Below, piece by piece: positions 9,985 to 21,799 of a DNA stretch of 32,434 bases (positions are counted from its first letter, which is position 1; every line of letters starts with the position of its first letter). The notes beneath the pieces were generated by a model. It was not told the origin of the DNA, did no database searches, and was given only the letters and a program-made list of their open reading frames with translations. The translations under genes and the position numbers were made by a program. The DNA lies in assembly GCF_001194135.2 (NCBI RefSeq), contig NC_069000.1:36344700-36377133 (forward strand), given 5' to 3'. The stretch comes from Octopus bimaculoides (lineage: Eukaryota).

Positions 9985-11062
9985 ACACACAGGCCACATA
10001 GAGAACATTTTCCTTCATCAGCTACCCCCATTTTAACACCCGTGTTTCGAAGAGTAGGGCAGGACGCATTGTTAAAATGGCTCTTCCCATGGACTGCAAA
10101 TTAAATTTGTATACACAAATTAAACTTGTGCCATGGAGGAATGTAGTGGCGGACAAAAAACAAGACAGGAAAACAAACGGAAAAGGCTATGCGGCCAGAT
10201 GTGAAAAATTATGTGTATATGAACGCTGTGAGGCACGAACTGAAAGCGGGACGAAGTAAGTTCGCGTGTTTGCTCGGCGATAGTGGAGCCTGGTGCAGTT
10301 CTCCAGCTTGTTGGTTCCTGTCACCTTGTTCAACCCAAGCCAGCATGGAAGACACATGAAGGTTCTGCGATTCCTTGCTGAGCAACCTGCACAAACGATT
10401 TGTTTATAATGATCAAACGTTTGTGTTCCACATAAGCTCATGCTCTCTATCAAATCGCCATTGCCTGTCCGGGTGCACAAGTGTACCATGCAACAGATGT
10501 TAAAATGATTGTAGAGAAATGTGAACATGGTGCACCGCCCAGTCTAGGAATCGAAACCACAATCTTATGGTCATTAGGCCATGTAGACACACACACACAC
10601 ATTATTTACAGACATCTTGCTAAATTCCATCAGAATTTGTTTATTTTGAAACGTAATGCTGTCTATTATTGGTAAAATAAAAAGTATGCGATATGAAAGT
10701 GTAAAATGTTGTAACAAGTTGGAAAATGAATATGATGCATGCTTCAGTGGGTTATCAAATTAAAGAGTCAGCTGATATTCCCAGATCCTATTAGAATCGT
10801 ATTTATTATTTCCTTTTCTACTATGTATGTATACATTCATCTTAGATTTGAAAGAGCTTTGTTTATGGCTGTTTATGACTTTCTTTTGTTCATTATTTAA
10901 ACTAGATTTAAATGTATTTTATTTTTAAACTCATTTCTCAGTTTTGGGTGTTGATTAAAAGCGAAAGTTTTCCAAACCATTCCACGCTTCAGAGATGAAG
11001 TTTATTATTTAGTGATACTAATTGTTTCTTTGTGTGTGTTAGTAACAGAGAGATATACACTA

Positions 11063-11816
11063 CATGAATTCTCATTTATCACTGGTGTTTAACTCCACAA
11101 AACAATGGTAAATTAATCAGCTCCATACACTTTGTAAAAGAAATGAATGGTAGATTCATTGACACCAAACAGCAAAAGCCAATAACTACAAACCTTCTAC
11201 TGTCAACTATTTGTTGATCATCTCTAACTTTCCCAATAGAGAATACTCGTCTACATCATTTTAAGAATGCACACCCTTGCAGTATACTCTTTTACTTGTT
11301 TCAGTCATTTGACTGTGGCTATGCTGGAGCACCGCCTTTAGTTGAGCAAATTGACCCCAGGACTTATTCTTTGTAAGCCTAGTACTTATTCTATCGGTCT
11401 CTTTTGTCGAACCGCTAAGTTACGGGGACGTAAACACCACCATCAGTTGTCAAGCGATGTTGGGGGGACAAACACAGACACTCAAACACACACACATACA
11501 TACACAGCGGGCTTCTTTCAGTTTCTGTCTACAAAATTCACTCACAAGGCTTTGGTTGGCCCACGGCTATAGTAGATGACACTTGCCCAAGGTGCCACAC
11601 AGTGGGAATGAACCCGGAACCATGTGGTTGGTAAGCAAGCTACTTACCACACAGCCACTCCTGCGCCTATGTTAATGAAAATAAAAGCAATTGGCAATGC
11701 GTTCTGGATAGCTGAACATTGTTGATGGGCTACATTTTTGCAGTACAAACAGAATCTCCTAATCGTCGACCCATGTTATCACAGATCAATCCGTGATAAG
11801 TGTAACATGAGGCAGG
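11063..11816 (-). mobile_element. Tigger/pogo-like deletion derivative, interrupted by a SINE at about 11287-11667
   Basis: Left end TA-CATGAATTCTCATTTATCACTG is inverted-homologous to the right end of the 13622-14103 copy. The minus strand encodes FGVNESTI, typical of the CENP-B/pogo N-terminal HTH. The right end is approximate. Confidence 0.7.
11287..11667 (-). mobile_element. SINE family A, full length, inserted in a Tigger-like element
   Basis: Complete tail-to-head match to family A; the flanks rejoin as the Tigger-like element. Confidence 0.9.
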
Positions 11817-12084
11817 ATTTCTACAACTGAATGCTCTTCCTCTCTCTAACCCTCATCTTTTTCTGAGCAAGGTGGTATTTTCCCATAGCTAGATATGTTT
11901 TTTTATGGAAGACTGAAAACAAACAACCTCACTTATATGACAATGATGCTCATTTACAATCATCATATGATGTCTGGCTAAGAGTAGACACAAACGAGTG
12001 TGCACACATGCATGCACACATGCACTCACACACATGCACGCACACATGCACTCACACACATGCACATGCATGCACACATACTTT

Positions 12085-12232
12085 TTTAGACTTTTTTTTA
12101 GTTTCTGTCTACCAGATCCATTCACAGACCTTTGGGTGATAGTAGAAGACACTTACCCAAAGTGTCATACAGTGGGACTGAACCCAAGACAACATAGCTG
12201 GAAAGCAAATTTCTTAACCACACAGCCATGTC
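12085..12232 (-). mobile_element. SINE family A, head fragment
   Basis: Diverged match to family A. Confidence 0.7.
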
Positions 12233-12690
12233 TGCACAACCAGTGTGATTTCGACTGAGTTGGGGTGTTCAATGTGTAACTAACCAACTCCTCTATTCAT
12301 TTCCAGCTATGTCTGTCAAAGCAAGCTCTTTCTTCAAACATCATCAACCCTTAGAGATTATTCTTTCGAGTCCTAGGACCTGGTTACCCTGTTTGCTAAA
12401 ATGGAAAAGGCGTTGCCCTAGAGGATGGCAAGGAAGATGTGCTGGAACAGCCCCACCCCCAACTCACAGGGCTCACACTTGCGGACAGCTATCTCCACCC
12501 CAGTAGTGGTGAGCAGAGATATGGTCCAGGTACAAAGAATCCCAGAGGTCTCCACACAGGAGATATGTTGTGAATGATGGTGGGGGGGTTGTTATGTGGA
12601 CATTTAAATGTGGTTAGGTGATGTATGCAACCCGACTGGAAAATACAGTGATTGGTTAGTGGAAGGATCAAATTGAATCAGCCAAAACTG

Positions 12691-12751
12691 GATCAAGGAA
12701 TTGGATAAGGGAAAGATCAAGGAATTGGATAAGGGAAGGATCAAGGAATTG
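12691..12751 (+). repeat. 24-bp tandem repeat GATCAAGGAATTGGATAAGGGAA(A/G), 2.5 copies
   Basis: Units start at 12691, 12715 and 12739. Confidence 0.9.
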
Positions 12752-13235
12752 TTAGAGAGGAAGAGTTAGATATCTGAAAATGTTGAGATGCCACAGAACT
12801 GAAACAGACTGAAAAATTTGTTACTGAGGACCTGATTAAACCATATCTGCATGGAGGAACAAATATTGAATAAGATGATTGGTTTTAATAAAGAGCAGGT
12901 TGATACATATAAATCATGGTTTAGTCAATTAGAAATATATGCCAGACAAGATGTGAGTGACAGATGGTTAACTCTGCTTATATCATACAGAATGGTGACA
13001 TCTGTGTGTCTAATAGAATTGACCAGAAGAACACGGTCATATGTCTAATTAAAGAATTATTGATGTTTACTCAGATTTAATTTGACATGAACTAGTTTTG
13101 GCTGATTCAATTTTACATTCCAATGCATATATAGATATTGATAAAACTTTGTGGAAAGACTTGGTTATCATAATCATTATTATTATTATTGTTGTTATTG
13201 TTATCCATGGCTTGCAAAATATCTCAAGAATTTTG

Positions 13236-13617
13236 TGTGGTAAGTAGCTTGCTTACCAACCACATGGTTCTGGGTTCAGTCCCACTGCGTGGCACCTTGG
13301 GCAAGTGTCTTCTACTATAGCCTTGGGCCGACCAAAGCCTTGTGAGTGGATTTGGTAGACGGAAACTGAAAGAAGCCTGTCATATATATGTATATATATA
13401 TATGTATGTATGTTTGTGTGTCTGTGTTTGTCCCCCCCAACATCACTTGACAACCGATGCTGGTGTGTTTAAGTCCCCGTAACTTAGCGGTTCGGCAGAA
13501 GAGGCCAATAGAATAAGTACTAGGCTTACAAAGAATAAGTCCTGGGGTCGATTTTCTCGACTAAAGGCGGTGCTCCAGCATGGCCACAGTCAAATGACTG
13601 AAACAAATAAGAGTAAA
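13236..13617 (+). mobile_element. SINE family A, near full length
   Basis: Head, microsatellite, body and tail all present. Confidence 0.9.
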
Positions 13618-13621
13618 AATG

Positions 13622-14103
13622 TTTCTTTGTTAATCATGGGGGTTTAGTTTAAAAAAGAGAAAGAAAAGAAAAAACCCCACAGTGATAAATGAATAGTCCC
13701 TCTGCACTTTGTAAATAGAACAAATGATTGGTCGATTGACACCAAACTTGCAGTCCACAGTTGTGAAGCTTCCAACATCATATATTTTCTTGATCATCTC
13801 TACCTTTTCCCATGGAGAATACACTCAGCTGCACTGTTTATTAAGATGAGGCACCTTCATATTTCTTGTTTGCTGGTCCTATGTTGGTAGGTGCTTGTAT
13901 GTAAGTCTTGCAGCACAGTCATGTAAACATGAGTGATAGCCAGTACATTCTGGGTAGCTGAGTAATGTGAGTGGTGATCACTGGGGTATGAACTTGTGTT
14001 ACAAGCAGAGTCTTCACCTGATTGCTAACCTGTGTTATCACAGAGGAATCTGTGATAAGCATAATCTGTGTTATCCCGGATCAGTGATAAATGAGGCTGC
14101 ATG
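13622..14103 (-). mobile_element. Tigger/pogo-like deletion derivative, second copy
   Basis: Minus-strand peptide EKVEMIKKIYDVGSFTTVDCKFGVNRPIICSIYK resembles a pogo/Tigger HTH. Subterminal GTTATCAC...GTGATAA palindromes; end CAGTGATAAATGAGGCTGCATG-TA. Colinear with 11063-11816. Confidence 0.7.
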
Positions 14104-14329
14104 TACCGTACAGGAATTCTCTAATAGTGTTCACAGATCCCTAATATTACGGTTTCTGGAAAGCGCCAACCTTTTAGATAATCTACCAACATCTTTACAA
14201 AAGTGGTTATCATTTCTGTTTTACTAATTACAAATGGAATAATAGCATTCCTTGACTACCATAATGCTTTTAGTTCAATGGCTAAGCTGATGTTTATTCA
14301 AGCTTGTTCTGCACAACATTATATATAGA

Positions 14330-14478
14330 TGCGTGTGTATGTATGTATGTATGTATATAGATGTGTGTGTGCACGTGTGTACGTGTATGCGTGTGTGTGT
14401 GAGTATGTATGTGTTTGTATGTACATGTGTATGTATATACATGTATGTGAGTGCATGTGTGTGTATATATATATATGC

Positions 14479-14521
<43 letters not shown>

Positions 14522-14522
14522 C
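14330..14522. repeat. Compound (TG)/(TA)/(TATG) microsatellite
   Basis: Directly visible; source of several spurious CVCV/THTH ORFs. Confidence 0.9.
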
Positions 14523-14888
14523 ATATTTAGTCATTATGTTGGTAATTAGTTCATTTTTATCTTTGTTGTGGAAAACAATACGTGGTGTGTGTACTCTTTG
14601 ATGGTCTGTCTAGGTGTGAGAGTTTCTGTAGTATTTTCACTATTGTCATTTTCTAAACCTGGCGGAGATTCATTTGAGTATCATAGAGCCTTTTTTTGAC
14701 GATGATGAAACTGAGTACCAAGGTGTCCCTAGATCAGCTTTTCTACATAATTGTATCTCCAAGTATGTTTCATCAGACCCTATGCAAGGACATTCTGATG
14801 CAATTTGTTCTAATGTTTCAGAAAGACACAAAAGAAAAAAAAGAAAATACAGGTCACACAGGTCACATTTGTCATTGTTTTCTTTTAT

Positions 14889-15073
14889 TCTTTTACTGGT
14901 TTCAGCCCTTTGGCTGTGGCCATACTGGAGCACTGCCTTGAAGGGTTGAAGTCAAACAAATCAACCCCAGGACATTCTTTTTTAAAGCTTAGTACTTATT
15001 CTATCATTCTCTTTTGATGAACTGCTAAGTTATGGGAATGTAAATGCATCAACACCAGTTGTCAAACAGTGAT

Positions 15074-15146
<73 letters not shown>

Positions 15147-15309
15147 TGACGGGCTTCTTTCAGTTTCTGTCTACCAAATCCACTCAGAAGGCTTTGGTCG
15201 GCCTGAGGCTATAGTAGAAGACACTTGCGCAAGATGCCACGCAGTGAGACTGAACTTGGAACCATGTGGTAGCGAAGCAAGCTTCTTACCACACAGCTAT
15301 GCCTGCACC
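14889..15309 (-). mobile_element. SINE family A, full length, with a long (CA)n expansion
   Basis: Tail-to-head match to family A; (CA)n at about 15077-15140. Confidence 0.85.
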
Positions 15310-15475
15310 TATTTTGTAGGGATTTTAAACTCTTTTTTTGTTTCAGTTATTAGACTGTTCTTTGAAGGGTTTAGTTGAATATGTCGGCCCCAATACTTTA
15401 TTTTTGAGTCTGATGCTTATTCTATCAACCACTTTTGCTGAACTGCTAAGTTACAGGAATGTTAACAAATCACAT

Positions 15476-15669
15476 ATTCTTTTACTTGTGTCAGTCGTCT
15501 GACTGCGGCCATGCTGGAGCACTGCCTTTAGTTGAAGAAATCGACCCCAGGACTTATTTTATGTAAGTCTAATATTTATTCTATCGGTCTCTTTGACCGT
15601 ACTGCTAAGTTACGGGGGCATAAACACACCAACATTGGTTGTCAAGCGATGGTGGGATGACAAACACAG

Positions 15670-15720
<51 letters not shown>
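15476..15720 (-). mobile_element. SINE family A, 3' half, truncated by an N gap
   Basis: Tail and body match; ends in (TA)n at the gap. Confidence 0.85.
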
Positions 15721-16519
15721 NNNNNNNNNNNNNNNNNNNNNNNNNNNNNNNNNNNNNNNNNNNNNNNNNNNNNNNNNNNNNNNNNNNNNNNNNNNNNNNN
15801 NNNNNNNNNNNNNNNNNNNNNNNNNNNNNNNNNNNNNNNNNNNNNNNNNNNNNNNNNNNNNNNNNNNNNNNNNNNNNNNNNNNNNNNNNNNNNNNNNNNN
15901 NNNNNNNNNNNNNNNNNNNNNNNNNNNNNNNNNNNNNNNNNNNNNNNNNNNNNNNNNNNNNNNNNNNNNNNNNNNNNNNNNNNNNNNNNNNNNNNNNNNN
16001 NNNNNNNNNNNNNNNNNNNNNNNNNNNNNNNNNNNNNNNNNNNNNNNNNNNNNNNNNNNNNNNNNNNNNNNNNNNNNNNNNNNNNNNNNNNNNNNNNNNN
16101 NNNNNNNNNNNNNNNNNNNNNNNNNNNNNNNNNNNNNNNNNNNNNNNNNNNNNNNNNNNNNNNNNNNNNNNNNNNNNNNNNNNNNNNNNNNNNNNNNNNN
16201 NNNNNNNNNNNNNNNNNNNNNNNNNNNNNNNNNNNNNNNNNNNNNNNNNNNNNNNNNNNNNNNNNNNNNNNNNNNNNNNNNNNNNNNNNNNNNNNNNNNN
16301 NNNNNNNNNNNNNNNNNNNNNNNNNNNNNNNNNNNNNNNNNNNNNNNNNNNNNNNNNCCACCAATTTCAGCTCTTCCGCCTATATTAGAAAGGATTATTA
16401 TTATTATTATTATTATTGTTCTCCTGTCGTGAACCAGAATGGTAATTTGCATATTCACATTCAAATATGACAATGTATTAATTATATATGATATATTATG
16501 TAAATAGGTGCCAGTGTTC

Positions 16520-17128
16520 GATTGTTGTCAGAAGCTTGCTTCCGAACCACATGGGTTTGGGTTCAGTCCCACTGCTTGGCAACTTGAGCAAGTGGCCTCT
16601 ACTATAGCCTCAGGCCGACCAACACTTTGTGAGTGGATTTGGTAAACAGAAACTGAAAGAAGCCTGTTTTATATATATATATACTATATATACATATAAT
16701 ATACATATATATATAAAAGTGCCCATGCAATGCCATGTAAAAGTACCCAGCACACTCTGAAGTGGTCAGTGTTACTGGAGTCTGGTGCAGCTTCCCCTTC
16801 CCCAGCTTCCCAGCTTTGGTCACATAAACCAACCCATGCTAGCATGGGCAATGGCTGTTAAATGATGATGATGATTATATATATGTATGTATTTAGGTGT
16901 GTGTGTGTGTGTGTCCTTTGTGTCTGTGTTTGACCACCCCCGTAATCGCTTGACAAACAGTGTTGCTGTGTTTATGTCCCCATAACTTGGTGGTTCGGCA
17001 AAATAGACCAACAGAATAAGTACTAGGCTTTTATAAAACAAGTCCTGAGGTCAATATGTCCAACAAAAACCCTTCAAAGTGGTGCCCCAGCATAGCCATA
17101 GTCAAATGACTGAAACAAGTAATGGATA
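16520..17128 (+). mobile_element. SINE family A split at its microsatellite by a family C fragment (about 16718-16873)
   Basis: Head at 16520-16670, body and tail at about 16895-17128, with family C sequence between them. Confidence 0.7.
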
Positions 17129-17232
17129 AAACCAAGACATCATTTTGATTCTTATTGTTTCACTGTGTTTAAAACAATTTATAATAATATCTTTAATAAT
17201 AATCTTGAAAAAATATTTCTGTTTCATTTCAG

Positions 17233-17482
17233 GGCATCTCACAGGATGCCATTCACTTAAGGATTTATTCTGCTAGTGTTGTTAATTTAACACTGGTCGA
17301 CTTGCCAGGCATTACCAAAGTACCCGTAGGAGACCAACCCGAGGATATTGAGATGCAGATTAAAGAGATGTGTATGAAGTACATCAGCAACCCCAACTCG
17401 ATAATTCTGTCAGTAACTGCTGCTAACACCGACATGGCTACCTCTGAATCATTGGCTCTTGCTCGGGAAGTTGATCCTGAAG
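17233..17482 (+). CDS. DNM1L: Drp1 exon, 250 nt, phase 0 to 1: [83 protein letters not shown]
   Basis: TTTCAG acceptor, GTGAGT donor. Contains the G3 motif DLPG and Drp1-type VPVGDQP and [10 protein letters not shown]. Confidence 0.97.
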
Positions 17483-17697
17483 GTGAGTGTTACAAAGGGA
17501 GATGTCTTCATTTTATGTAACTGTCTTGGGTGAGTGAGGCAGTAAATTGAGGGGAAGTAGATTGGTAAAGCACTGGATTACTGCCTTGCAGCCTCCTTTC
17601 CTTAGACTTCAAATATCAACAAGCTTGACTTTGCTTGACTAAAGGCAGTGCTCCAGAGAAACAGGTAAATTTGCCATGCCTGTATTTCTACCTGTGA

Positions 17698-18008
17698 AGG
17701 CAAGTGGCTTAGTGGTTAGGGCATTCAACTCACGATCATAAGGTTGTGAGTTCAGTTCTCAGTGATGTGTTGTGTCCTTGAGCAAAACACTTTATTTCAC
17801 ATTGTTCCAGTCCACTCAGCTGGTAAAAATGAGTTGTACCTGTATTTCAAAGGGCCAGCCTTGTCACACTGTGTCACGCTGAATATCCCTGAGAACTACA
17901 TTAAGGATACACATGTTTGTGGAGTACTCAGCCACATGCACGTTAATTTCACGAGCAGGCTGCTCCTTTGATCAGATCAACTGGAACCCTTGGTGTTGTA
18001 ACTGACTG
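17698..18008 (+). mobile_element. tRNA-derived SINE with a CORE-like central domain (family E)
   Basis: A-box TGGCTTAGTGGTTAG, B-box GAGTTCAGTTC, then TGTGTCCTTGAGCAAAACACTT resembling the CORE domain. Inverted fragments lie near 29205-29355 and 10525-10590. Confidence 0.7.
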
Positions 18009-18950
18009 ATTGCCAGTTATTTCTACCTAGTAGGTTTACATACATTATGTCATACCTCAACACTGAGTTCCCTGTTGACAGGCCACTGATATTAAATGTT
18101 AAATGCTAATGGTATGCAAATTTACAACTCCACTTCTCTTAAGCTACTAAGTTTGATGTGTATATAACTATAGCTAGCTACTTGTTTCTTTGGGGTTGAT
18201 CATGTGATGTAGACACCTCTAATGAGACCCCAATAAGGGTTGTAAATTGATTCAGACTGTTCACCAGTTTTTCACTCTACAGAGAAATAGGTAAATTTAA
18301 CATATTTGCATATCTACTATGTAGATTTACACACAAAATAAATGCCATCAGTTACTCAAGCTCTTCTAAGGTTTTATAAAACCTTTCATTAAATGACATC
18401 GGAAAGTATAACAAACAGTTTGAGAGAGAAAGGAAGGTAACAGACTGAATGATGCATCTTTAATTATGTATCTAATGCTTGCCAGACAGAAATGTTATTG
18501 ATTACAACTGATTATAAAGGACCTGTAAATTATTTCTTCTCATGTTAGCTTCTGTAAATGATTTCATTTTCTGCTGTTTTAATCTCCACACACATCACAC
18601 CTAAGCTTATAACCAACAATTTTGTTTTTATAAAGTCTAAATGTCATATACATTAAAAGAGTTTGAGTCTCATGGCTGGCCGGTAACGTATTTTTCTGCA
18701 ATGTATGGATAATTTATCCTGATCACGCTATTTATTAGCATTATCACGCGTTTGAGAATAAACAAATTTATTTCTGTATCTTTCAATACATCTCAATGCT
18801 TCTAAAACAAACTTTGTTTACTTTCATCGTAAATTAAAATCTTAATTACCATATTTGCTAGCATTTAAGACTCACCCCTATTTTACAAGTATGTTTTGTA
18901 ACAAAACAAATTTAGTATCTTTCATCATACACTTACTGAAAGATGTTTAA

Positions 18951-19170
18951 CCCTTTAGTACTTGGATTATTCTATCAATTGTAAAGCATATTTACTCTCA
19001 TTGTTTTGAATTAATCGTGCATTATCTTGTAGTTGCGAGATTTTGAAGAAGTGATCGTATATTTTTAGAATGACATTGTAGAGTAGGTGTGAAAGGCTGG
19101 ATATGGTTAGTTTGGGCATAAAATGGGTAGAATATCTGAGCCAAATGTGGCTGGTTTAAATGCTAAAGAG
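18951..19170. mobile_element. piggyBac-type MITE, copy 3
   Basis: TTAA-CCCTTTAG ... GGTTTAAATGCTAAAGAG-TTAC; lies about 140 nt upstream of a Drp1 exon. Confidence 0.65.
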
Positions 19171-19252
19171 TTACAGTGAATTTGATGGGGAAAATGTATG
19201 ATTCTGTGCCTGTAAATAGAATGCTAAGACAAAATACTGAAATGAATTATGA

Positions 19253-19612
<360 letters not shown>

Positions 19613-20471
19613 TAGTTTCATTAAAATTCCAGGACAATCTTCATACATACAGCCATATGCCACACATGCAGTCATGTACAACACCTATATACAGCTATGT
19701 GCATAACACAGACACACACACACACACACACATACATACATATATTTACACACACATATAAACAGACTTTAGGTTAATTAAAATATTTTTGTGACATATT
19801 TTAATTTCTAAAGGCTAATTCACTGCAGTTACTATAGTGCTTTCCCTTGGTGGATTCCCAGACACATGTTTCTGGCTCTTTAGCTTTCCAGGGGCAGATT
19901 CAAAGGGGAATAAAAATAGCAGTTGTGAATTTGCCTTTAAAAGTTAATATAAGCAGAAAATGGAGAAAATTCTTGATCAACAACCAAACTGACTACCATT
20001 GATTATTATATTTTTAAATACAAAACCTTAACATTTCTAACAGCCGTTTCTGCTTCCAGTGTCTGTTGGTGCATGTCCAGGGTTAACAAAGGTAATTCAT
20101 ACCGGTAGAGTAAAAGCGGATATTCCTTTTCCTTAGACAGTTATTCCAACCGCTAACTCTACTTATATATATATATATATATATCGTTGCTATTATGTTA
20201 AACTGTCGTGTGTCCAAATTTGGTCAAATGCGTTTTTTCCCAATATTTATTTTTGCTGGCAATAACCGGTACTTTTGGTCAAACTATTGTATCTCCAGCT
20301 GTGTCAGATACCAAGATATCAAAAAATGTCAGTGTAGTACAATGGTTTTGCTATGGAATGGTGTGTGTGTGTGTGTGTGTATACATACACACACACACAC
20401 ACACACATATACATACATACATGCATATATACATATATATGCACACAATTCTGTCCTTTTGTATTCTAGAG

Positions 20472-20611
20472 CAGTCCTGGGCAAACTGCAGCTTTGTGAA
20501 TGACCTGCCTAAATGAAAAATTACCTTAAATCTTATTTGCTAGTGTGACCTGTCTGATGGTGAGCCATGTCTGATGTGGCCTACTTCTTGAAAAAGGTCT
20601 GCCCATGCCTG
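20472..20611. mobile_element. 140-bp hAT (Charlie-type) MITE
   Basis: Imperfect TIR CAGTCCTGGGCAAAC / GGTCTGCCCATGCCTG, flanked by 8-bp direct repeats TTCTAGAG and TTCCAGAG (7/8 match). This fits the NTCTAGAN target preference of Charlie elements. Confidence 0.7.
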
Positions 20612-20824
20612 TTCCAGAGAAATCTTTTGCTATGCTTTATTTCATTTGCTGTTGTGAAAATAATGGCTAATTTTACGACATGCATACACATGCATTAACA
20701 CACATACACACACACACACACATTCATTCAATATTGGCTCATTATTACCACCACATATTAATATACAACATTGCTTTTAAGCATCTTTCTATAAAAAAAT
20801 TATTTTTTTCCATTTTAATTTCAG

Positions 20825-20929
20825 AACATGGCAGATTGTCTTCGTGACGAAGCTTCTTTTCTCCAACGGAAATATCCCTCAATAGCCAACCGAAATGGTT
20901 CTATGCATCTTGCAAAGACCCTCAACAGA
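20825..20929 (+). CDS. DNM1L: Drp1 exon, 105 nt, phase 0 to 0: NMADCLRDEASFLQRKYPSIANRNGSMHLAKTLNR
   Basis: TTTCAG acceptor, GTAAGT donor. FLQ.KYPS.ANRNG...LAKTLNR matches Drp1. Confidence 0.96.
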
Positions 20930-21799
20930 GTAAGTTAACAACTTTTCTTTTTGTCTTACAAACAGTTAGCAGATAGTCTGCTAACCTGACTGAAGTTATC
21001 TCTCTATTTGTTTGCCTGTCTATATAGATAGATATGTTGTATATCTATCAATCTATATATATATACATTTTAAGATCCTTAACAGAATGAAAAGTCAACC
21101 ATGTAAATTTAATTTTTGTGTGTATTATATTTGCCACAAAGAAATAGAATCTGAAAATCTTGTTGAAATTGTCATGTGATTTCGTAAACTCTCTTATTTT
21201 CCATGACATAGAATTACTAGTAAGAGGCACTAAGTCTCCAGTCAGTATCAGTAGATTATTGATGAATGTCTGGTATCAGATCATCTTTGGTTACCCACTT
21301 TGTTGCTGTCACTCCTGGTTTTGCCACCAAAAGAGCTGGTTCTGCTGGCATGGTTGGTGGGAATCTTCCAAGATAACCCAGCAAACTGAAATGGTCGTTG
21401 CATTTACAATTCAGAACCCAAGCTATCCACTAAATAACTCTTTGACTTTAGGAAAAATTCAATCATCTATTCCAGCCACTTATTCTTATTTAGGTGAGGC
21501 AGGTCTCGTCAATTTAATCAGACCCTCCTTGTCTGGTGTGATTATACATATATATACATATGTACATGTTAGGGAGGGATCCAGCCATAGAAACTGATTC
21601 AAAGCAGACATATGTATGTATGTAGGTACACATCATCATCATTTAACGTCCATTTCCCATGCTGGCACAGGGGTTAGACAATTTGACAGGAGCTGGAAAG
21701 GCTGTGGATGCACAAGGCTCCATTGTCTGTTTTGGGAAGGTTATTACAGCTGGATGCCCTCCCTAACACCAACCAGTGCTTTTTTCTTGGCACCATATA

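Noticed and set aside
9207-10104. Long ORFs of 239-295 aa here and at 15593-16473
   Set aside because: Artefacts of N gaps translated as X.
12300-12660. GC-richer segment suggestive of a LINE 5' region
   Set aside because: Single copy in the window with no recognisable ORF motif; cannot be classified without a search.
12800-12895. piggyBac-like peptide FVTEDLIKPYLHGGTNIE*DDWF
   Set aside because: Short and stop-interrupted, with no downstream motifs, and the enclosing inverted repeats lack TTAA/CCC ends.
14294-14601. THTH, CVCV and YIYI ORFs here and elsewhere
   Set aside because: Translations of (CA)/(TG)/(TA) microsatellites.
17233-17244. Alternative in-frame acceptor CTCACAG 12 nt into the exon
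   Set aside because: It would delete conserved GISQ, and the upstream AG has the better pyrimidine tract; no supporting evidence.
18368-18385. Perfect 18-bp palindrome AAGGTTTTATAAAACCTT
   Set aside because: About one such palindrome is unremarkable in 32 kb of AT-rich DNA, and there is no supporting context.
20965-20985. 9-bp hairpin GTTAGCAGA-TAG-TCTGCTAAC about 35 nt after the 20929 donor
   Set aside because: Too short to distinguish from chance without conservation data.
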